DNA of 20,000 bases from contig WELB01000014.1 in assembly GCA_009602725.1 (NCBI GenBank), forward strand, positions 1,123,492 through 1,143,491, read 5' to 3'. A model generated the notes under the pieces. The model saw only the letters and a program-made list of their open reading frames with translations. It had not been told where the DNA came from and ran no database searches. Below, piece after piece: positions 10,442 through 20,000 of the stretch. Source of the DNA: Spirogloea muscicola. Lineage: Eukaryota. Position 1 is the stretch's first letter; each line of letters opens with the position of its first letter. Position numbers and translations under genes: made by a program.

Positions 10442-13400
10442 ATGGCGCTCAAGCAGGTGGCACGGTCGGCGACGGTGGCGTTCGCGCCGCTGGCGACGGC
10501 GCCGCTGCTGGCGGCGGGCACCATGGCGGGCGCCATCGACCTGGCCTTCAGCTCCACCGCCTGCCTCGAGCTCTTCCGCCTCGACTTTGCGGACGCCCAG
10601 CCCGACCTGGCGCCCGCCGCGGGCGCCGCGCCGGCGTCCGAGCGCTTCAACCGCCTCTCCTGGGGCACCATCGGCGTCGACTCAGGCGACTACCCGCTCG
10701 GCGTCGTCGCCGGCGGCCTCGTCGACGGCTCTGTCAACCTGTGGAACCCCGACAAGCTCCTCAGGTGCGGCCTTCGAACCTCTGCTGCCACGGCGGCTCG
10801 TGCGGTTCGGTTCTTGATCGCGCTGCCTCATACAAGGCTATATTGTAGGTAATGCAGCTAAACCTTTGTAGTCTGTGCTGGTTAATACCTAGTGTATAAG
10901 AAGAACGCACAGCAACTGCTGTTGGAGCGGTCAGCTCGAGTCTCATCCTGTTATTGGGCTTTGCAGCAAGGGCAGCACCCCAGAGGACTGCGTCGTCGGC
11001 CGCCTCCAGAAGCACACGGGCGCGGTGAGTGCCAGGCATCGGCTCACTAGAAGCTCCCGGCGTCGTGACCAAAGACCGGCAGCCAGCGGCGTCCATCAGC
11101 TGGAAGACGGCACGCGCGCCAGGCGCTTGGTCACAGTCGTGAAGGGCAGCTCTTTGTTAAAAGCACAGGTATTGTGGGCCAGCAGCAAGCTCGGTCCAAT
11201 GCAGGCCAAACACTGACTGTCAAGCTCATTGTCAAGGGCAGGTACGCGGCCTGGAGTTCAACGCTTTCAGCCCGAATCTGCTTGCCTCGGGAGCCGAGGA
11301 TGGCGAGGTTTTCATCTGGGACCTGGCCAATCCGTCTGCACCGTCCCTCTACCCTGCACTCAAGGTTTACGATCACTTGACAAACTCTGCGGAAAGGCAG
11401 TTTGTCTTGGCAGGCAGATCATCAGAGTTCACCACTTTGGAGATAGCCGTTTTGCAGGGTGGTGCCTCTGGTGCGTCGGGCGAAATTTCTTACCTGGCTT
11501 GGAATCACAAGGTTCAGCACATACTCGCCTCGACGTCTTACAGCGGCAATTCAGGTGTGCCCTCAGAGGTGCTGGTAATCAGTAATGAGGTGTTTGAAGA
11601 CAGATCAGGGCAGCAATTTTGCCTCAACAATGGAGGGTGGGAAGTGTGAGAGTGGGAGAGAGCAAGGGTTAGAGAGAAGGCCTGTGACATGGTAGTTAGT
11701 AAGTGATGTGATGCATTATGCTACAACCTGAGATGATAGTTGGTACTCCTGGATATGAAGTGGTCAGCGAGTCACTGATTCCCATTGACTGCTTTGTGTT
11801 TGCAGTTGTCTGGGACTTGAAAAGGCAGAAGCAAGTGATTAGGTGAGCTGCTTTGAGGTTCACCTCCTCAATGTTCATGGGGTTTTACACAACAACGGCT
11901 GTGCATATAATAATGCATAATGACCTCAAGCTAGGTTGGCTTTGTTTGTTTCACACCATGACTTCTGCTGCTGTGTCTGACGCTGTGTCTGTTTTCATGG
12001 ACATTGTTCTCAAACTCAGTGAGTGTCTGTCTGACTGCATGTTATGTTTGTCCCTTCTTGACCAGCTTCACAGACCCAACAAGCCGGCGACGATGCTCCT
12101 CTTTACAGTGGAATCCTGAGGTTGCAACGCAGCTCATCGTGGCTTCCGACGATGACAGATCGCCGGCTGTCCAGGTCAGAGACCAGCAGTGCAGCTTTCT
12201 GCAAGCTGAATGTTGTCACAGTGTTGTGGCCCCTCTATGCACTCTGGCAGGATGGCATGCTAGGGTTGACGATTATTGCTAAGTGGATGGTCTCATGAGT
12301 GCTACCCTGAACATTGTACACAGGTGTGGGACTTGAGGAACTCTATTTCGCCCTTGAGAGAGTTGACTGGGCACTCGAAAGGTACCAACAGGATAAGTAC
12401 CAACTGGATAAGCATGAACATGAATGCACAGATGCTTGCGTTGTTCCTTACTAAAAGCACATAATTGTGATGTGCTTGGTCTGAGTGGCAGGCTTTGATT
12501 GTCAGGATTCGTCTAGATGGCAGCCCATGACTTGCATATGTATACATCTGCAGGTGTGCTTGCCATGGCGTGGTGCCCAAGTGACAGTGGTCTCTTGCTA
12601 ACCTGTGGCAAAGATAATCGCACTCTCTGCTGGGATACAAACTCTGGAGAGGTTTGCTTTTCACTCACTACCTTAATTTTGTGAAATGAGCAAGTGAGCT
12701 GCAGATGCTTTTTCTGAGGTGCTAGGCTCTCTTGATGGCCACTGTCCAGATAAGCAAGAAAACAACTGCTTAGAATGTCCATTGCTCCATCAACGAAGCA
12801 TTGAAGGTTGTAGTGAGACCGATGAGGAGTAGCAAAACACTTGAAGTAGCTAACACTTTGTGACTGCTTTATCTAGTGCAGATTCTGTACGAGCTGCCTT
12901 CAAGCAATAACTGGAACTTTGATCTGCAGTGGTCCCCTACAAACCCAGGGATACTGTCAACATCTTCCTTTGACGGGAAAGTTAGTATCTACAGCATAGA
13001 GGTAGGATGATCAGGACAAGAGCATCAAGTACAAGTGCGTGTATCCATGAAGCTCCAGTGTCTGACACAATGTAAAATTGGCTCACTCCATTGTCTCACT
13101 GCCTGGACTGAGACACTGTAAACATGCAGTCTGCGCACACAGGAGGCTCCAGCGTTGAAGCAGATTTTGGAGCAAGCTTGACTCAGCAACCGTCTATGTG
13201 TAAGACAGCTGCTTACCCAGAGGGCTAAGTGGGGTTTAGGGCACAGCTTCAAGATGTTGCTTTGACTTGGACTAGAGTCATACAAGAAGACTGTGCAATG
13301 ATTATGCTTCCTGAGCAAGTCCTAGTGTGGGGTGCAAGTGGACAAAGTTTGGGCAAAAGCTCTTCTGAGACGGCCTCACGAAGGGATCTGCAGCAGTGAC

Positions 13401-16400
13401 AAGGCCACCCCAGTGGCTGAAGCGGCCAGTTGGATTGAGCTTTGGCTTTGGTGGGAAGCTTGTTTCCTTCCGGCCCAAAAAGGGAGCTCCTGGATCTGAG
13501 GTGAACCGCCTCCTACCCAATGGTCTTCCTGTGAGAAGGAGCCTGTGGTTCACTTGGAAGGGTTCTCAAGCTTCTCAACTCTAAGTACTCACTGAGTGTG
13601 GCTATCTGCGCTTGACATCAATGTAGGTTAGCATCCGCGAACTCGTAACTGAGGAGGAGCTGGTGAAGCGCTCGGAGGAGTTCGAGGCAGCTATCGCTGG
13701 CGGAGAGAAGTCCACCATGCTCTCTTTCTGTGATGTAAAGGCTGCAGCAGCAGAGTAAGTTTCTGTCCTCAGCCAGAGTAGCCTTGGTGTGAGTTAGGCA
13801 TGGACTTGGCATTGCATTGCTGTTGTCCACTTGTCCAGGCGCTGACCCACATTGCTACATATATGGGGTCAGGTCACCTGACGAAGCGGAGATTTGGACG
13901 TTCTTGAAGATTCTATTTGAAGAAGATTCGAGAGGGAAGCTCCGCTCTCACCTTGTGCCAGGACTGGAGTTGCCCAGCAGCAATTCAGCAACCTCAAACG
14001 GGGCGGCAGAGGCTCTCGCCACAGACATGGACGAGCTCAGCATGAAGGCAGAGGGTGTGTCAGAGCCTGCGCAAGATGAGGTAGCGAGCGAGGCAACTTC
14101 GAGTCTGCCTCTTCCCGAGGACAACGGTGTGGACTTTTTCGAGAATCTGCAAGCCTCTCCCAAGCCGACGGAGACGCCGCAGGAGCCAGCTCATGTGCAG
14201 CTCGCGGCAGACGCACTCGCAGATGGGCCACTTGACAATGTTGCTGCAGAGACTGACGCTGCAGAGGACGTAGAGGGCGAGACGGCAGTACAGCAAGCTC
14301 TCGTCGCAGGTAACATAGAGGGGGCCGTTAAGAAGTGCCTGGACATGGACAGGATGGCCGATGCCCTCATCCTGGCCTCCGTCGGAGGCTCAGAAATGTG
14401 GAGCAAGGTACAGAATGAGTACATGCAGCGGAACAAGCGGCCGTACATGCAGGTGGTGAGGGCGGTTGTCAACAACGACCTCGCAGGACTGGTGAAATTG
14501 CGGCCGCAGCGCCTCTGGAAGGAGACGCTGGCTCTTCTGTGCACACATGCGAGAGAGGACGTGTGGCCGAGCCTGTGTGACGCCCTGGCCGAGCGATTGC
14601 AAGGAGCCCAGAATCTCCAGGCGGCAATGCTATGCTTTGTGGTGGCGGGCAATACGGATGGAGCAATCTCGATCTGGTCCAAGAAGCTCGGCTCTGGGCA
14701 CATGAGCAGCTCATTGCCTGTTGATGCATTGCAGGTGGGACTTCTATATCCTCATCTCTATGACATCCATGACGTTGTTTACGAAGTCATGCAGTCTTTG
14801 TACAGTGAGGGGCCGACTAGGTCCAGTACTTCAAAAGTCATGTGGTGTTGTACCTGACCCTTGGAAGCTCTGAGCAACTTGCAGGATCTGATGGAGAAAG
14901 CCATTGTCTTAGGCCTCGCGACTGGCAAGCGGAAGGTCAGCCCGGTCATGGCGAAGCTGGTGGGGAGCTATGTGGAGCTGCTGGCTGGCCAGGGCCGCTT
15001 GAACACTGCTATGGATTACTTGACGCTGCTGCCGACCAATGACATCCTGCCCGAGCTCGCAAGTTTGCACGACCGCATCAACGGCAGCGGCCAAGGTTCA
15101 AATGACAAAGCCGATAGCCCATCTAAGCTGAACCCAAGGCCTCAGATCTCTAGATTCAAGTCCTAGAAAGATTTCTCCCTCTGAGAGTCCTCATGCAACT
15201 GGTGTGCTCATGTGTAGTGTGACACTTGTCTTATGCCTTCCTCCTCATGGATTCCTGTGACAAGCTCAAGTGTATCTCATCACTTGTATTACATCCTATT
15301 ACACAATCTTTTTCAAATGTTTGAGTTGCACACCCTGCAATGCTTCTCAGACACTTACCAGTCTGACGCTGTCATGCATGTGTGGGACTGTTGTGCCAGT
15401 GTCTGTGAGCAGGACGATGCAGCAACCTGCAAGCCAGCCGGCTCCTCCTGCCAGCTACACTGCAACAGCACAACCGCAGCTGCAGGCTCCATTCAGCAGC
15501 AGCTACTCCGCATATGCCAACGCCCCCGCTTATTCTGCATCAGCATTTTCGGCACAGCCGCAGCCCTCAGCGTCATATCAGTCAATGCAGCCTATGCAGC
15601 CAATGCAACCAATGCAGCCAGCATATACGGCGCCGGCGCCGCCGCCACCCACCTACTTCCAGCCAGAGCCGCTAGCCAAGGAGGTGGCGCCGCCAGTGCT
15701 GGCGAGCTATACACAGCAGTATCAAGCACCGCCGCCACTGCCTGAGGCGCAGCATGTGCAGCAGCCGTTTGTGCCGCAGCGGGCGCCACCTTTAACCGCT
15801 GCCGCTGCTATCCAGCAGCACTTTATCCCGCAGCCCTCTCAGCCACTGGCCTCGACGGCGTACTCACAAGGTGGCCAGTCAAGCCCCACCGGTCCACCGC
15901 AGCCCAGAGGGATGCCGTCCTATGCCGGTGCAGTGCCGTCTGCTGCTCAATTCAACCCGCAGCCGCCCCCTCCGCTCCGCTACGCAGAGCAATACCAGCA
16001 AACCATGTCCACCTTTGCGCCACCTGCACCTCAGGTGAGCCCATACCGCGGTTGTAGTTCCCTCGCCGTAGAGTTATGTCCACTTAAGTCAAGCGCATGT
16101 AAGTCACTTGCACTAGCTTCTCACCCAGGCCCTGTGTCTGAAGCTCTGCTGGAATATTTCTTAGAATCTATGGGCCTCAGTAGATATACTGCTGGCTTTG
16201 ACCAGAGTACCTCGTTTGGTAGGCTGCACCTCCTCCAAGTGGCCCTCCGCCTCAGCAGCCCCTCATGGCAGCCTCTGCGCGGCCGGGCCCCCGGCCGGTC
16301 TCCTTTGTGCCAACCACACTGCCGGCAACCATGCAGCCAGCACACCTACAGGTGCACCACCTTGAGTACCTTGTTTTACTCGCCCCAGACTAACATACAG

Positions 16401-17588
16401 CAGTTCATTTTCTCCCTGTACTTGTGCGGAGCTTGAAGCATGGACATTAGCTGCCAAATCATGCAGTGACTTTTGACAATGAGCGTCGACTTTGTTGCTT
16501 ACATCATCCTTCTGCCAGCCTCACACCTTCCTTCTGGTGGGCCATCTTGGCGTCCTTTGACTGATTCTTGTACTGAGTGACTCATGTTTGGTGCCGAAGG
16601 TCACTTGCAAGTCAGTTCAATCTGGCACGTACCTCTGAGAGACTGAACTTGCGCTGTATTTGGGTCCTGCCCTGCAGGGGCCTGCTGCAGCACCTGGCGA
16701 GCCCTCACCAGCGGCGGCGCCACCACCACTGGTCCAAGCGGCGCCGCCGGCCCCGGCCCCCACTGTGCAGACGGCCGACACCTCCAATATTGCAAGTGAG
16801 ACACAGTGGGCACCTGCAATTCGTCCAGAGACTATACTTTGCCACATAGGTTGCTTTGTTTGGTGAAGATACACGAGTGTGGCATCCGATGTCATACTGC
16901 TGCTCAGTGCTTGCGCTGAGCTTGCCCTGCAGATGAGCTGAAGCCCGCTGTGGCCACGCTGACGCGCCTCTTCAATGACACGAGCGAGGTGCTGGGAGGC
17001 GCCAAGGCAATTCCTAGTAAGAAACGAGAGATCGACGACAACTCCCGCAAGCTGGGCGCGCTGTTCAGCAAGCTCAATGCCAAGGACATCTCGCCTTCCG
17101 TCTCGTCCAAGCTCCTGCAGCTTTGCCAGGCGCTGGATGCAGGCAATTATGCGTCCGCGCTTCACATGCAGGTGAGCCTGTTGCCTTACGTTGCCCTTCC
17201 TGCTTTTGGTAGCACTGCGGGCCTCAGTGTGGAGTAGCTGGTTTTCATAGGGCACTGCTTGAGGAAGTGATGCAGTGTCCTATATGGCTGCCGTTGACAA
17301 GGCAGGATATTTTGAGACTACACATAACAGTGCACACTGATTACTCAAGGAAGTGCAGATTGATGTTCCAGCACATTTGAAGCAGTGCAACCTGAGCAGG
17401 GCAGCAGTAGGTGCATTGCCAGCAGCTCACCTTGCAATCGGCCACCAGGTCCATTATCTGATGAGCTTCTCCGTATCTGCCACTTGTCGCTCGGTCAGGT
17501 GATGCTTACGACGAGCGACTGGGACGAGTGCAGCGCCTGGCTGACTGCCCTCAAGCGTATGATCAAGACGCGCCAGGCTGCCAAGTAG
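10442..17588 (+). CDS. SEC31: COPII outer coat protein SEC31: WD40 propeller, alpha-solenoid, Pro-rich region and C-terminal domain; complete, 19 exons, 1203 aa
   Basis: Motifs [147 protein letters not shown]. Exons: 10442-10764, 10967-11024, 11242-11364, 11458-11554, 11806-11842, 12066-12174, 12324-12381, 12554-12651, 12882-13001, 13130-13199, 13394-13500, 13627-13754, 13873-14734, 14885-15095, 15400-16034, 16223-16351, 16678-16795, 16933-17171, 17499-17588. All 18 introns are GT-AG and phase-consistent, total 3612 nt. Confidence 0.96.
15585..15620 (+). repeat. Coding 9-nt repeat encoding (MQP)4 in the SEC31 Pro-rich region
   Basis: ATGCAGCCT ATGCAGCCA ATGCAACCA ATGCAGCCA. Confidence 0.9.
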
Positions 17589-18129
17589 TCGGTCGTTCTG
17601 ATTATTGCTTGCCCTCTACTCCTGGATTACTACCTTAGCAGATATTACAGCAACGACTTGAAGTGGGGTCCAAGCCACACCAAGCTCAGTAGCAATCGCT
17701 GTCGACTATCCAAAATTTACCCCAATCCCAAGCCCCAATCCCCGCCCCCCGCCCCACCCCCTTTCCAGAGAGGCTGTCATGTACTTGGGGTGCTTGCGGC
17801 AGGTCTCACACGACTGCTTCTTGACCTCACTCGGCAAATTGAATTGTCAACCCTCCTTGTTGGTGTTGGCTACATCTCTCAGTCTCAGTGTTTGCTGCAA
17901 TAGTTGTGCAGACAGCCAGCGGTCCCGTTAATCACGCTGGCAATGATGGTGCATAGTGTTGGATATAGAAACACAGTGAAAAGCGGGCCAGGTTGGTTGA
18001 CCAGGTGACCAGTCCTATTGGGCCGTGAGAGCCTTCCTGGATAAGGGAGGGCCTCGGCACACAGGGCTGATTGCTGAGTGGTCCCGCTGCTCTGTGCGCC
18101 TAGCCATGGCTGCCACCCACTGAGGGTGC

Positions 18130-18234
18130 GGCTCTGCGTGCGGTCAAGCGAAACTGTGTGCTCGCCGGCTCTGTGTGTGGCCAGGCGGAGCTGTGGGCTC
18201 GCCGGCTCTGTGTACGACCAGGCAGAGCTTTGTG
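18130..18234. repeat. Degenerate 37-bp tandem repeat, about 2.8 copies
   Basis: Units begin GGCTCTG(C/T)GT at 18130, 18167 and 18204; the first two end GCTCGCC. Confidence 0.85.
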
Positions 18235-18728
18235 TTACTCTGGACTTTTGTGTACTATGAAACTAAACTTTGTGAGCTACCATGAGCGGATCTGCATTTG
18301 TACTGCCGAGATGAGGGCGGCCAGCTGGTCCTCCAGATAAGAGCAAATGTGCAATGGACGACTCTGAGTGGAGGGACAAGAAGTGATGGCTGAACGTGAA
18401 CGACAAGAGCAACTTCAGGAGCAGCCAGAGCAGGAAACTATACATAGCATGCTGCTGTCTTGGTGAAGGATAGCGAGGAGCCCCACTGTTAGCTGGCACT
18501 CTTGTTACTTGTGTAGGCGATCTCTCTCTGGGGTTCAAGTTTCTGGATCACGACTTCAGTACACATGCAACAAGCGAAGTTGCTGCAAGCAGCAGCTTTC
18601 CGGCTGCAGGACTGCACATTGTTTGTCGTGAAGCCTTCTGCGGCCGAGCTTTGGCGGCTGGCTCGAAGTGCTTACGCGAGGCGCTCAGAAGTGGGGCCAG
18701 CCATGATGACGATGCCAGCGACACAGCT

Positions 18729-20000
18729 TCACTGCAGCAGTGCATAGTCTCCCTGGACGAGTCATCACAGGTCGAAGAATCTCCATTCAGTCTCAGCAAC
18801 TTAGTTCCGACATTTCAAGGGTTGGGGTTCAGAGTCCAGATTACTGTCTTAGGTCCATCTGTCTGGGAGGTCAGCTGTACGAGGCGTTATGGCCGTTTTG
18901 GTGCAAGCACAAGACCTCATCTCCAGCAGAGTCTCTGGGGGACCTCGGTGAATTACATTTGTAGTGGAGATTTTGGAGCTGAACAGCTCAAACAAAATAT
19001 GGACGATGGTGTGCAGACCTTTTCGGACGTGGCGGCTCCGTTGTCGAAGTTAGGCATGCTCCCGGTGCCCACGCGCTCGATGGCCACCCGTGACTACAGA
19101 ACGAAGGGGCCGGAGGTTGTCGCGGGCTCAAGGCGTGTTGATGCACGCAGCTCGATCGCGGTGGCGACAGCGTTGGCATCGACGCCTCACCTGGGCAATC
19201 CAGTCGGTGGTTGCGGTCACCACCGCGAACGCAACGAACTGCGTGAACATGGCCGCCGTAAGCCCGATCCAGAGGCCCTGCAGCGCCGGCGCCGCAAGCA
19301 ATCGAGGTGGTAAGAGAAGAGGCACCTCAGAGATATGGCAGGTCGGGCAAGAGCAGTCTTTGCCAGATCACGTACGACGATGCCGAGGTCGGCGCGGAAG
19401 GCGAGCGCGGCGCCGACGGGCAGCGCGACGGCGTAGTACGCGATGAGGTTGACCCATGCGGCGATGTGCTGCCATCCGCAGCCGCGAGCCACGCCTGCGC
19501 GGTGGAAGGCCCCTGGGGCAGTCAGCAGCGAGCGAGGAGGAGGAAAGGAGAGAAGGGAGGCGAGACTGGGAAGACATAGAGAGGGAGAGAGGGGCAGCAG
19601 AAGCGGAGGGGGGGGGAGGGAGGGAAGGAGAGGAGGGAGGCGAGGCTGGGAAGACAAAGAGAGGGAGAGAGGGACAGCAGAAGCGGAGGGGGAGAGGAGG
19701 AGGGAAGGAGAGGAGGGAGGCGAGGCTGGGAAGACATAGAGAGGGAGAGAGGGATAGCAGAAGCGGAGGGGAGGAGGAGGGAGGGGGGGACTGAGCGCTC
19801 TCTTCTTGCCGGAGAGGGTGGTCATGAGCGCGTCGACGGTGGTCGAGAGCGCCATGAGGGGCAGGAGGCGGTTGACGGCGGCGGCGACCACGACGTCGGA
19901 CGTGTACACGTGGACCCAGAGCCGGCCCCCGAGCGCCAGCGCGGCTGCCACCGCGGCGCCCTCCGAGGCGGCGAACGTGGTGGCCACACCCGCCGCGCGC
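18729..20000 (-). CDS. MATE/DTX-family efflux transporter, 3' part (last transmembrane helices)
   Basis: Spliced peptide ...[41 protein letters not shown]...GIV|GLWIGL...[14 protein letters not shown] matches the plant MATE C-terminal consensus. Exons 20000-19810, 19494-19376, 19277-19191, then from 19093. The end is uncertain: either a donor after 19019 joined to a short exon 18752-18729 (GDYALLQ*), or read-through to TAA at 18953. Confidence 0.9.
19495..19809 (-). other. GC-AG intron of the MATE gene (315 nt)
   Basis: TCCG|GCAAGA...CGCGCAG|GCGTG; removal restores the conserved [11 protein letters not shown]. Confidence 0.88.
19535..19790. repeat. Purine-rich tandem repeat, unit about 80 bp, about 3 copies, inside the MATE intron
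   Basis: GAAGACA(T/A)AGAGAGGGAGAGAGGG..AGCAGAAGCGGAGGGG recurs at about 19570, 19650 and 19730. Confidence 0.92.

Noticed and set aside
13170..13180. GC donor in SEC31 (GGA|GCAAGC)
   Set aside because: Wrong phase for the next exon; the canonical T|GTAAGA at 13200 fits.
17265..17345. Intronic box C/D snoRNA candidate (GTGATGC...CTGA), and a similar one at 3135-3280 on the minus strand
   Set aside because: Box C is imperfect and I could not identify a convincing rRNA-complementary guide; a snoscan or Infernal run would be needed.
18130..18234. CRISPR-like array (37-bp units)
   Set aside because: Units are contiguous without unique spacers, the context is eukaryotic, and there are no cas genes.
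18651..19313. 220-aa plus-strand ORF
   Set aside because: Non-ATG start, antisense to MATE exons and 3' region, no recognisable domain.

Overview
Eukaryotic, intron-dense nuclear DNA, most consistent with a green-lineage (probably streptophyte algal) genome; the taxon is inferred from plant-like protein sequences, GC-rich first exons and short introns. By hand-splicing I reconstruct three genes. (1) RRP5, the S1-repeat ribosome biogenesis factor, on the minus strand: 28 exons from 9868 to 96, about 1240 aa, running off the left edge. (2) A complete 19-exon SEC31 COPII coat gene on the plus strand, 10442-17588, 1203 aa, head-to-head with RRP5 across 573 bp. (3) The 3' end of a MATE/DTX transporter on the minus strand, convergent with SEC31. 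I see no prokaryotic-type systems, RNA genes or transposases. The unusual signals are in splicing. About 5 of 50 donors are GC. Within about 815 bp of RRP5 there are three anomalies: a CAA acceptor next to a perfect 13-bp hairpin, a CTG acceptor, and a 1-nt phase mismatch. These could be real non-canonical processing, a decaying paralog or local assembly error. The divergent promoter also carries candidate uORFs and a duplicated motif.
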